Below, in pieces: positions 56,716 through 64,000 of a stretch of DNA of 64,000 nt. The position numbers were made by a program, and so were the translations under genes. A model generated the notes under the pieces. It did no database searches. It saw nothing but the letters and a program-made list of their open reading frames with translations, and was not told the origin of the DNA. Source of the stretch: Candidatus Moranbacteria bacterium GW2011_GWE2_35_2-. Lineage in GTDB: Bacteria > Patescibacteriota > Minisyncoccia > Moranbacterales > UBA9337. Every line of letters begins with the position of its first letter. Position 1 is the stretch's first letter. Location of the stretch: the NCBI GenBank assembly GCA_000990585.1, contig LBQD01000002.1, forward strand, positions 250,408 to 314,407, written 5' to 3'.

Positions 56716-57741
56716 CTATTTTACAATATGCATTTCCATTGTGTCTGCGTTGAGAATGACTGCCATAGAGTGCATTTTTCCGACCATATCTGGCAAATTT
56801 TTCTTGATAATGTCTTGCGTGAGGCGGTTGAGATAGAGCGTGCGTTCTTTGGCGCGCGAAATTTCTGCGGCGTCCGAGTATACCGCGGATGACAAAAGCA
56901 CGAATTCTTTTTGTCCGCTTTTCGCGTTCATATTCGATTTGATGATATTGGCGGCGGTTTGAATCGGTTCGCCGATATTCGGGTCATATGGACCGACAAT
57001 CATTGCAATATTCGGCGTGTGCAGCCAATCAAATCCTTTTCCTACTGCCAAAATCCATTCGCCGTGAACCATTTGTTTGAGAGGCTTGCCAGTGTTTGTT
57101 GTTTGTTTGATGCAACGCATATTTCCTTGTACCAGTGGAATTAAATCAGAAAGAATTCGTTCCGGCATTGATGGATATAATTTTCCAAAAAGTGTTTTCA
57201 AATTTTTTTCATCACTATCTTTGATTGTCGCTACATCCATAATTTGTCCATTTTCTCCATGGAAAATCAAAGCGTCTTTGTCCGTTTCCAGTCCGACCAG
57301 AATTGGAAAAACTACCCCGTTGTTTTCTCCATATGTGCGCAGAATTTGTTTGCGGAATTCTTCTGTGAATCTTTTCGATTCTTCACAGTCATAATGAAAT
57401 CCGGCACATCCGCGATGCTGGTCTCCTTCAGAATAATGATATGTCACCAGGACGAGCGTGCGGTTTCCTTTGGCTACGGCTTTTTTCACATAGCGGTCGA
57501 AAGATTCGTTCAGGAGCGGCCAACCGAGATCGAATTTTCCTCCGATGTTGCGGAAGGGGTGCATAATTCCTAGCGGAGTTTGGGTGACAGTCGGCATATG
57601 AATGCGCCCGTCCATACATTTGAAAACAATCACATTGGTCGGATGTTTTGCCAAATATAGTTCTCTTTCGAGTCGTTGGCTTTGAAACATTTCCGAATGT
57701 TTTTTGTTCAACTCAGTAATGAGTTTGATTTTATTTTCCAT
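56716..57741 (-). CDS. Divergent beta-class carbonic anhydrase-like protein (zinc-site motifs CxDxR and HxxC) with a ~140-aa C-terminal extension
   Basis: VIVFKCMDGRIHMP..FRNIGG and QHRGCAGF, spaced about 60 residues apart as in beta-CAs (compare CSDSRV...HTxCGG). Confidence 0.45.
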   Translation of the reverse strand: MENKIKLITELNKKHSEMFQSQRLERELYLAKHPTNVIVFKCMDGRIHMPTVTQTPLGIMHPFRNIGGKFDLGWPLLNESFDRYVKKAVAKGNRTLVLVTYHYSEGDQHRGCAGFHYDCEESKRFTEEFRKQILRTYGENNGVVFPILVGLETDKDALIFHGENGQIMDVATIKDSDEKNLKTLFGKLYPSMPERILSDLIPLVQGNMRCIKQTTNTGKPLKQMVHGEWILAVGKGFDWLHTPNIAMIVGPYDPNIGEPIQTAANIIKSNMNAKSGQKEFVLLSSAVYSDAAEISRAKERTLYLNRLTQDIIKKNLPDMVGKMHSMAVILNADTMEMHIVK

Positions 57742-57835
57742 AATTTTTTACGTTTTTAATTAGTTTGGACTTTGGATTAGTATGATACATTGTAAGTGTA
57801 TAATAAAGGGTGAAAAAATCAATAATTTTGGGATA

Positions 57836-57864
57836 TTGAAAAAAATAAAAGGGCGTGGTATATT
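57836..57864 (+). promoter_or_regulatory. Sigma70 promoter TTGAAA-17-TATATT with TGn extension
   Basis: Seen directly. Followed by a 65-nt leader containing the GCGGAAAAAATTTTCCGC hairpin and an AAGGAGGG SD. Confidence 0.45.
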
Positions 57865-57935
57865 GCGGAGGAAAACAATAGGGCGGGCGGAAAAAATTTT
57901 CCGCTCAAAAAAATTTTTCAAGGAGGGAATAAATT

Positions 57936-58163
57936 ATGCCTGACATGGGAAAGAAGTGGTTAGCGTTGAGCGAGAAGAGTTCAGCAGGGAAATTGCGGAT
58001 TCCTGCTGCCGGATTGAATGATGGCGTAAGCAGTTTGTATCGCGGGACCGTCTATCATCCCGAGAGCGGAGAGTTGTTGATTCGGGAAGATACTTCGGGT
58101 TGTAGCGGTGAGTTTCCTTCTGCGGGTGGCATTTGCCCGTGCAGCCGGACATACAGCGGGTAA
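57936..58163 (+). CDS. GC-rich 75-aa ORF (C-terminal GCSGEFPSAGGICPCSRTYSG) of unknown function
   Basis: Strong SD, promoter upstream, and locally elevated GC in an AT-rich genome. Confidence 0.35.
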   Translation: MPDMGKKWLALSEKSSAGKLRIPAAGLNDGVSSLYRGTVYHPESGELLIREDTSGCSGEFPSAGGICPCSRTYSG

Positions 58164-58336
58164 TTTTCTTTGGTTCTTTTTTTTGGAGCTTTCGATCAGT
58201 GTTTGCGTGAATCTGCGCAATTAGGTCGATTGCTCCCTTTCTTTTTTTGAAAAATTATATTATGCTGGAAAAGAAATGAAGTAGAGTAGAATAAGACAAA
58301 TAGGACGCATAAGACATATAAGACTTATATAATTTT

Positions 58337-59038
58337 ATGGATAATTTACCAAATCATATTGTAATAATCCCTGATGGAAATCGCCGATGGGCAAGAGAAA
58401 GAAATCTTAAGCCATGGGAGGGGCACGAGGAAGGAGCGAAAAATATCGAGGCGCTGGTGCGCAAGGCGTTGGATTTGAAAATAAAAAATATTTCTTTTTG
58501 GGGATCGTCTTTGGGAAATCTGGAAAAGCGTCCGCTTTTGGAAAAGAAAGCGCTTTTGGATATTTATGACCGGTATTTTGCAAAGTTGATCAATAGTGAG
58601 GAGGTGCGAGAAAATGAGGCGCGAATCAATATTATTGGCAGATGGAGGCAGTATTTCCCTGCTTCATTAATCAAGACACTGGAAGGCGGAATCGAGAAAA
58701 CCAAAAATTACAAAAATTACAATCTGAATTTTTTTCTGGCTTATGACGGAGATGACGATATGCTTGAGGCGGTAAAGAATATCGCAAAAAAAGAATATCG
58801 GGCGGGGGATATAAATGGAGAGATTATTAAGGAAAATTTAATGACGAAGGATTTGCCGGCAGTGGATTATATGATTCGCACGGGAGGCGAGCCTCATTTG
58901 TCGGCGGGATTTTTGATGTGGGATACAGCGGATGCGCAGTTATATTTTTCCGAGAAATATTTTCCTGATTTCGGAGTAAAAGAATTTGAGGAGGCGATCG
59001 CGGAATATCAAAGGAGAGAGAGGAGAAGGGGGGAATAA
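58337..59038 (+). CDS. uppS: Isoprenyl transferase (undecaprenyl diphosphate synthase)
   Basis: Motifs HIVIIPDGNRRWA and the C-terminal RTGGE..SAGFL. Confidence 0.85.
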   Translation: MDNLPNHIVIIPDGNRRWARERNLKPWEGHEEGAKNIEALVRKALDLKIKNISFWGSSLGNLEKRPLLEKKALLDIYDRYFAKLINSEEVRENEARINIIGRWRQYFPASLIKTLEGGIEKTKNYKNYNLNFFLAYDGDDDMLEAVKNIAKKEYRAGDINGEIIKENLMTKDLPAVDYMIRTGGEPHLSAGFLMWDTADAQLYFSEKYFPDFGVKEFEEAIAEYQRRERRRGE

Positions 59039-59106
59039 TTTCTAATTTACCTAATTTCTAATTTCTAATAAATTTACAATCAATTTTTAAAATTGGTTAT
59101 TGATCA

Positions 59107-60189
59107 TTGATAATTATGAAGATTTTTAAGTTAGTTTTTATTCTGCTGATGATGTTTGTTTTTGCATTTCCGGTTTTTGCGCAAGATTCCAAGAAACAGG
59201 CAGTGTATTTTTATGCATCTTGGTGCGCTCACTGCCAGAATGTGGAGGCTTATTTTGAGAAAGAGGGATTTTATGATAAATATGACATTGTGAAGCTTGA
59301 TTATGATAAAGAAGAGAATAAAATTCTTTTGGCAAAAATATTTTCTGCAAAAGGATATAAAAATCTGGGAATTCCCGCGATTATTATTGATAATCAGTTG
59401 ATCTCCGGCGATGAGCCGATAATTAAAAATTTTGTCAAAAGAATAGAGTCTTCTAATGGAACCGCGGTTGATTTTGTGAATGGTTTTGCCGAAGAAGAAA
59501 GCAAAGTAAGTAGTGATGGTTTGTCGTTTCCGGTCTTGATTGGAGCGGCATTGGTGGATGCAATCAATCCTTGTGCGTTTGCCGTGTTGATTATTTTAGT
59601 GGCGACAGTAGTTGGAGCGCAAGGAAGAAAAAAAGCGCTTTGGTCCGGATTGCTTTTTTCACTGGCAGTTTTCATTTCATATTTTTTGATGGGGCTGGGG
59701 TTGTATAAAGTGATTACAATTTTTAATCTTCCAAAGATAATCTCAATTATTGTTGGGGTTTTGGCGATTGTGATTGGACTAGCGAATCTTAAGGATGCTT
59801 TTTGGCACGGAAAAGTTTTTTTGATGGAGGTACCGATGAGTTGGCGACCAAAAATGAAATCAATATTAAAAAATGTTACTAGTCCATTGGGAGCGCTTGG
59901 AGCCGGATTTTTAGTGAGTCTTTTTTTACTTCCTTGTACGAGCGGTCCGTATATTGTCGTACTTGGTCTTTTGGCGGAAAAAGTTCAAATTTCTCGGACA
60001 CTTTTATTGCTTACTGTATATAATTTAATTTTTGTTCTTCCGATGGTGATGATTACCTTGGCGATGTATTTCGGACTTCGCGGAGGAAAAATGGAGCAGT
60101 GGCGAACAAAAAACATACACTTGCTTCATGGCGCCGCCGGAGTTATAATGACAGGGATAGGAGTCTATCTTATAGTCAGTTGGCTATAA
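59107..60189 (+). CDS. Fusion of a periplasmic thioredoxin-like domain (WCAHC) with a CcdA/DsbD-type transmembrane thiol-disulfide transporter
   Basis: Signal peptide. YASWCAHCQ. TM-embedded Cys in NPCAFAVL and LPCTSGP typical of CcdA. Confidence 0.7.
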   Translation: MIIMKIFKLVFILLMMFVFAFPVFAQDSKKQAVYFYASWCAHCQNVEAYFEKEGFYDKYDIVKLDYDKEENKILLAKIFSAKGYKNLGIPAIIIDNQLISGDEPIIKNFVKRIESSNGTAVDFVNGFAEEESKVSSDGLSFPVLIGAALVDAINPCAFAVLIILVATVVGAQGRKKALWSGLLFSLAVFISYFLMGLGLYKVITIFNLPKIISIIVGVLAIVIGLANLKDAFWHGKVFLMEVPMSWRPKMKSILKNVTSPLGALGAGFLVSLFLLPCTSGPYIVVLGLLAEKVQISRTLLLLTVYNLIFVLPMVMITLAMYFGLRGGKMEQWRTKNIHLLHGAAGVIMTGIGVYLIVSWL

Positions 60190-60282
60190 TAATTTTTAAT
60201 TTAAAATTTTTAATTTTTAATGATTTAATTTTGGAAATTCCTAATTAAGTTAAAATTTAGAAATTAGAAATTACGAAGTTAT

Positions 60283-60597
60283 ATGGAAGTAACTTTTACA
60301 GATGCAAATTTTGATCAAGAAGTTATCAAAAGCGAAAAGATTACTTTGGTGGATTTTTGGGCGCCATGGTGCGGACCGTGCCAGATGATGGGACCGATTA
60401 TTGAGGAATTGGCGAAAGAAGTCGGCGATAAGTTCAAGGTCGGAAAATTGAATGTGGATGAAAATCCTGAAACATCCCAAAAATACGGGATAATGTCCAT
60501 TCCGGCCATCAAGATTTTCAAAGGTGGCGAAGTGGTAAAAGAATTTGTCGGAGTGCAAGATAAGGACAGCTTGAAAAATGAACTCGAATCTTTGTAG
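60283..60597 (+). CDS. trxA: Thioredoxin
   Basis: Motif WAPWCGPCQM and the canonical ~105-aa fold. Confidence 0.9.
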   Translation: MEVTFTDANFDQEVIKSEKITLVDFWAPWCGPCQMMGPIIEELAKEVGDKFKVGKLNVDENPETSQKYGIMSIPAIKIFKGGEVVKEFVGVQDKDSLKNELESL

Positions 60598-60628
60598 AAA
60601 ACAAATGTTTTATGAATATATATTCCAA

Positions 60629-60663
60629 CCAACTCCGACTCAATGTCGGAGTTGGTTTTTTTA
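60629..60663 (+). terminator. Rho-independent terminator after trxA
   Basis: CCAACTCCGAC-tcaat-GTCGGAGTTGG followed by TTTTTTT. Confidence 0.8.
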
Positions 60664-60761
60664 TTGACATAACGATGTTTTTTTGCGATAATTTTTTGAA
60701 GAGATGAATTTAAAAAAGTACTTTTATAAAAACCATTCTCCAATAAAAGGAGGTGAAGAGG

Positions 60762-61379
60762 ATGAGTCAAATGGAGAGAAAAATGCTAGAAGATTTCTTG
60801 AAAAAATCTGGGTTTGATAATGCAGATGGTGCGATGGAGGCGCTTGAATTGTATTATCAGATTATGATGAGGGGGAGATTCAAGTTGGCCCCAAAGGAAA
60901 GGATCGACGAGGAGCTTCTCAGGAAGGCTATCCAAGTTGTTACTAAGGATAGGGTGGAAGGAATTCTTCTTATTCCTATGAATAAATTTTTTATTATCAG
61001 AGGAGGGGTAGTGTCTTTTGATGCCTATCTGAAGGGAAATTTCTCTTATATATGGAAAGAGGAATCCAAGAATGATGGAACTCTGACGCTTTTGAGTGAG
61101 CGGTTTTGGGATGGTATTGGACGTGATATTGCTAAAGTTTTTTTTGACAATATCGATGACACTTTTAGTTATAAATACGGTGTCAGTGTCCGAAATGCTC
61201 TGAATAAAAATTTTTTTTATTTCTTGTGGTTTTTTTTGAAAAAGGATGTTGAGCAGACCAAGCGCCTTGAGGCCACGCTTAAGTTCTGGGGAAAGTGCTT
61301 TATCGTAGGAAAGAAAAAAGGTTCGGGAGTTTGGCTGGTTGCGACGAAAAGTATCAAGGAGGATGTTTTGGCTAAATGA
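60762..61379 (+). CDS. Hypothetical protein (about 205 aa) between trxA and trxB
   Basis: RBS AAGGAGGTG. The ATG at 60762 is preferred over the GTG at 60753. No recognisable motifs. A terminator hairpin GAGGGAT/ATCCCTC plus T6 lies at 61378-61412. Confidence 0.45.
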   Translation: MSQMERKMLEDFLKKSGFDNADGAMEALELYYQIMMRGRFKLAPKERIDEELLRKAIQVVTKDRVEGILLIPMNKFFIIRGGVVSFDAYLKGNFSYIWKEESKNDGTLTLLSERFWDGIGRDIAKVFFDNIDDTFSYKYGVSVRNALNKNFFYFLWFFLKKDVEQTKRLEATLKFWGKCFIVGKKKGSGVWLVATKSIKEDVLAK

Positions 61380-61508
61380 GGGATCAGCGAGAAATCGCCA
61401 TCCCTCTTTTTTATTTGAAATTTTGTCTTGCGAATGGTAGTATTATGAATAAGTGTGAGATATTTGGTATAATGTATTAAGTATAAAAAATTAACAAAAA
61501 ACAGAATT

Positions 61509-62438
61509 ATGGAGAATGAAAAGAAGATGTATGATTTGATTATTATCGGGGCGGGACCGGCCGGGTTGGGAGCCTCGATTTATGCTTCAAGGTATAAGCT
61601 GGATCATATTGTGATTGGAAATGAAATCGGCGGGCAGGTAGTGGAAGCCTCTGAAATAGAAAATTGGGCGGGAGAAGTTTCTATTCCGGGAAAAACTTTG
61701 ATGGAAAAATTCGAGCACCACGCGCGTCATTTCGGAGTAAAAATTATCCAATCGGATGTATCTTCGGTGGCAAAAGCAGAAGAAGGATTTGAGATTATGG
61801 CGGGTGGAGAAAAATATTTGGCAAAAAGTTTGATTTTGGCGCTGGGAATGAAACCGAGAAAAATGAATGTTCAAGGAGAAGACAAATTTGTCGGCAAGGG
61901 TGTGTCATATTGCGCGACTTGCGACGCGATGTTTTTTCGAGAAAAAGATGTGGTGGTGATCGGAGGAGGGGATGCGGCGGCAACCGCGGCGATTCATTTG
62001 ACTGAATTTGCCAAAAGCGTAAAGCTTGTTTATCGCGATGCGTATAACTGGGAGCCATCTTGGGATGAACAGATTGAAAAAAGCGGAAAAATCGAGAAAA
62101 TAAAAATGAATAGCGTGAAAGAAATTTCCGGCGATGCAAAAGTTTCCGGAATTGTTTTGGACGTTGATGGTCAGGAGAAAAAAATAGACGTACAAGGAGT
62201 TTTTATTGAAGTGGGAACTACTCCCGGAGTGGCGATTGCGCAAGGACTTGGCGTGGCATTGGATGAGCAAAGTTATATCGTTGTCGACCAAACGCAAGCG
62301 ACTAATGTGGAAAATGTCTACGCCGCCGGAGACGTAACAACCGGATCAAACAAATTCCGCCAAATAATCACCGCAGTCGCCGAGGGGGCTGTAGCGGCGG
62401 GATCGATTTATAAAAAGCTAAAGATTAATAAAAAATAA
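61509..62438 (+). CDS. trxB: Thioredoxin-disulfide reductase
   Basis: FAD motif DLIIIGAGPAGL, redox-active CATCD, and the NADPH GGGDAA motif. Confidence 0.9.
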   Translation: MENEKKMYDLIIIGAGPAGLGASIYASRYKLDHIVIGNEIGGQVVEASEIENWAGEVSIPGKTLMEKFEHHARHFGVKIIQSDVSSVAKAEEGFEIMAGGEKYLAKSLILALGMKPRKMNVQGEDKFVGKGVSYCATCDAMFFREKDVVVIGGGDAAATAAIHLTEFAKSVKLVYRDAYNWEPSWDEQIEKSGKIEKIKMNSVKEISGDAKVSGIVLDVDGQEKKIDVQGVFIEVGTTPGVAIAQGLGVALDEQSYIVVDQTQATNVENVYAAGDVTTGSNKFRQIITAVAEGAVAAGSIYKKLKINKK

Positions 62439-62501
62439 AACGTAGTTTTGTTCCGATGCTTGTAAAAATTATTATTAAGTGATAATATATCATTGTAAAT
62501 A

Positions 62502-63521
62502 ATGATTTTAAACAAAATGAAAAAGAAAAATACGGAAAAAAACTTGCCAAACAAAGGTGAAGTTATCATCTATAAAACTTCAAAAAATGAAGTCGCTTTG
62601 GATGTGCGGTTGGAAAATGAAACGGTGTGGTTGACGCAAAAGCAAATTGCCATACTTTTTAACACCGAAAGAAGCGTTATTACGAAGCATTTGAGGAATA
62701 TTTTTGTATCAGGTGAATTAAAAGAAAAAAGCAATGTGCAAAAAATGCACATTGCAAATTCTGATAAGCCGGTAAATTTTTATGGCTTGAATGCTATTAT
62801 TTCAGTTGGCTATCGTGTTAATTCTAAGCGTGCTACTGAATTCAGAATTTGGGCTACTGAAATTTTGAGGGATTATTTAATTAGAGGCTATGTGCTGAAC
62901 GATAAAAAACTTCTCGATGCAAAAGAAAAATTATTAGAATTAAAAAACACAATTAATTTTTTGCAAGAAAAATCCAAAAGCAATTCATTGGCTGGACAAG
63001 AAAGTGAGATTTTGGATTTGCTTTCGAATTACGCCAAAACTTTATCTATTCTTGAAAAATATGACAAAGAGAAATTGGAAGCGCCAAAAGGCAGTAAGAG
63101 TAAATTTGTTTTGAAATATGATAATTGTCTGAAAATAATTTCTGAATTGAAAGAGAACTTGATCACCAAGAAAGAAGCTAGTAGTCTTTTCGGCAGTGAA
63201 CGTGGCGGAAGTTTTGAAGGAATAATAAAAGGATTATATCAGACTTTTGGCGGCAAAGAATTGTATGCAAGCTTTGAAAGCAAGGCTGCGCATTTGTTGT
63301 ATTTGATAATTAAAGATCATCCTTTTTCCGATGGTAACAAAAGAACCGGCGCTTTTTTGTTTGTGTATTTTTTGGACAAAACTAATTATTTGTATCGAAA
63401 ATCAGGCGAAAAGAAAATCAATGATAATGCCTTGGCGGCATTGGCGCTTTTGGTTGCGGAAAGTAATCCAAAAGAAAAAGAGGTGATGGTGAAAATAATA
63501 ATGAATTTAATAACAGAATAA
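62502..63521 (+). CDS. RhuM-like N-terminal domain fused to a Fic/Doc-family domain (Doc-type motif HPFSDGNKRTG)
   Basis: The C-terminal HxFx(D)GNKR motif is the Doc/Fic active-site signature. Confidence 0.65.
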   Translation: MILNKMKKKNTEKNLPNKGEVIIYKTSKNEVALDVRLENETVWLTQKQIAILFNTERSVITKHLRNIFVSGELKEKSNVQKMHIANSDKPVNFYGLNAIISVGYRVNSKRATEFRIWATEILRDYLIRGYVLNDKKLLDAKEKLLELKNTINFLQEKSKSNSLAGQESEILDLLSNYAKTLSILEKYDKEKLEAPKGSKSKFVLKYDNCLKIISELKENLITKKEASSLFGSERGGSFEGIIKGLYQTFGGKELYASFESKAAHLLYLIIKDHPFSDGNKRTGAFLFVYFLDKTNYLYRKSGEKKINDNALAALALLVAESNPKEKEVMVKIIMNLITE

Positions 63522-63526
63522 AACTT

Positions 63527-64000
63527 ATGCATAAATCAATTGAGTTATCAAAAAAGTTGGGCGGGAAGATCGAGGTTTGTTCCAAGCAGAAATTGACCAA
63601 GGATAATTTGGCGGTTTTGTATACGCCCGGAGTGGCGGAGGTTTCCAAGGCGGTGGCAAAAAACAAAAAATTGTCTTTTGAATATACGATTCGCAAAAAT
63701 ACCGTGGCGGTGGTTTCAGATGGTAGTGCGGTCTTGGGGTTGGGAAATTTGGGGGCGATCGGTGCACTTCCTGTAATGGAAGGCAAAGCGTTACTTTTTA
63801 AAGAATTAGGAGGAGTGGATGCGTTTCCGATTGTTCTTGATACGCAAGATACAGAAGAAATCATCAAAATCGTCAAGGCGATCGCACCGACTTTTGGAGG
63901 AATAAACTTGGAAGATATTTCAGCTCCGCGATGTTTTGAAATCGAAGAAAGACTCAAAAAAGAATTAGATATTCCGGTTTTTCATGATGACCAGCACGGG
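63527..64000 (+). CDS. NAD(P)-dependent malic enzyme, N-terminal part (truncated by the window end)
   Basis: LAVLYTPGVAEV..VAVVSDGSAVLGLGNLG..ALPVMEGKALLFK matches the malic enzyme N-domain. Confidence 0.7.
   Translation, partial: MHKSIELSKKLGGKIEVCSKQKLTKDNLAVLYTPGVAEVSKAVAKNKKLSFEYTIRKNTVAVVSDGSAVLGLGNLGAIGALPVMEGKALLFKELGGVDAFPIVLDTQDTEEIIKIVKAIAPTFGGINLEDISAPRCFEIEERLKKELDIPVFHDDQHG

Noticed and set aside
57934-58220. Minus-strand ORFs of 72 and 79 aa overlapping the GC-rich 75-aa ORF
   Set aside because: The plus strand has the promoter, SD and leader hairpin. The minus frames lack start signals, although the strand assignment remains uncertain.

Overview
This is an AT-rich window with lysine-rich proteins and short forms of IF-2, ComEC and other conserved proteins, which fits a reduced-genome Patescibacteria/CPR-like organism. 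That lineage call is an inference from composition.

The housekeeping backbone is: rpoB-rpoC followed by lexA; a tRNA-Cys/tRNA-Leu pair; a minus-strand block of udg, phosphoesterase, nfo, nrnA, rbfA and infB; dnaJ; ADP-forming acetyl-CoA synthetase; recJ; pyrD-like plus pyrC; rnhA; a macAB-like ABC efflux operon; apbE; a split comEC; ndk; uppS; and a thioredoxin cluster (trx-CcdA fusion, trxA, trxB). A malic enzyme gene is cut off at the 3' edge and a PMT-like glycosyltransferase at the 5' edge.

The accessory content is more interesting:
- (i) A type IV secretion-like module at 3.0-10.7 kb, with a 1273-aa K/E-rich protein, a VirD4/VirB4-superfamily ATPase and a VirB2/TrbC-like pilin.
- (ii) A membrane-anchored PaaX-like regulator bracketed by three copies of a ~35-bp palindrome built around GCAATTGC.
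- (iii) A ~120-nt structured leader element in two copies, upstream of the efflux operon and of a small membrane protein gene.
- (iv) Two GC-rich islands (47.6-48.2 kb and 57.8-58.2 kb) with consensus sigma70 promoters, strong SD sites and terminators around arginine-rich or Cys-containing micro-ORFs.
- (v) A dense micro-gene cluster at 55.8-56.7 kb: long palindrome, promoter, leaderless 29-aa hydrophobic peptide, terminator, then 63-aa and Cys-rich 48-aa ORFs. It is convergent with a divergent beta-carbonic-anhydrase-like gene.
- (vi) A promoter-to-terminator sRNA candidate at 51.6 kb.

No CRISPR array, rRNA or transposase was seen. All calls rest on reading the translations and the sequence by eye. 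No database search was run.
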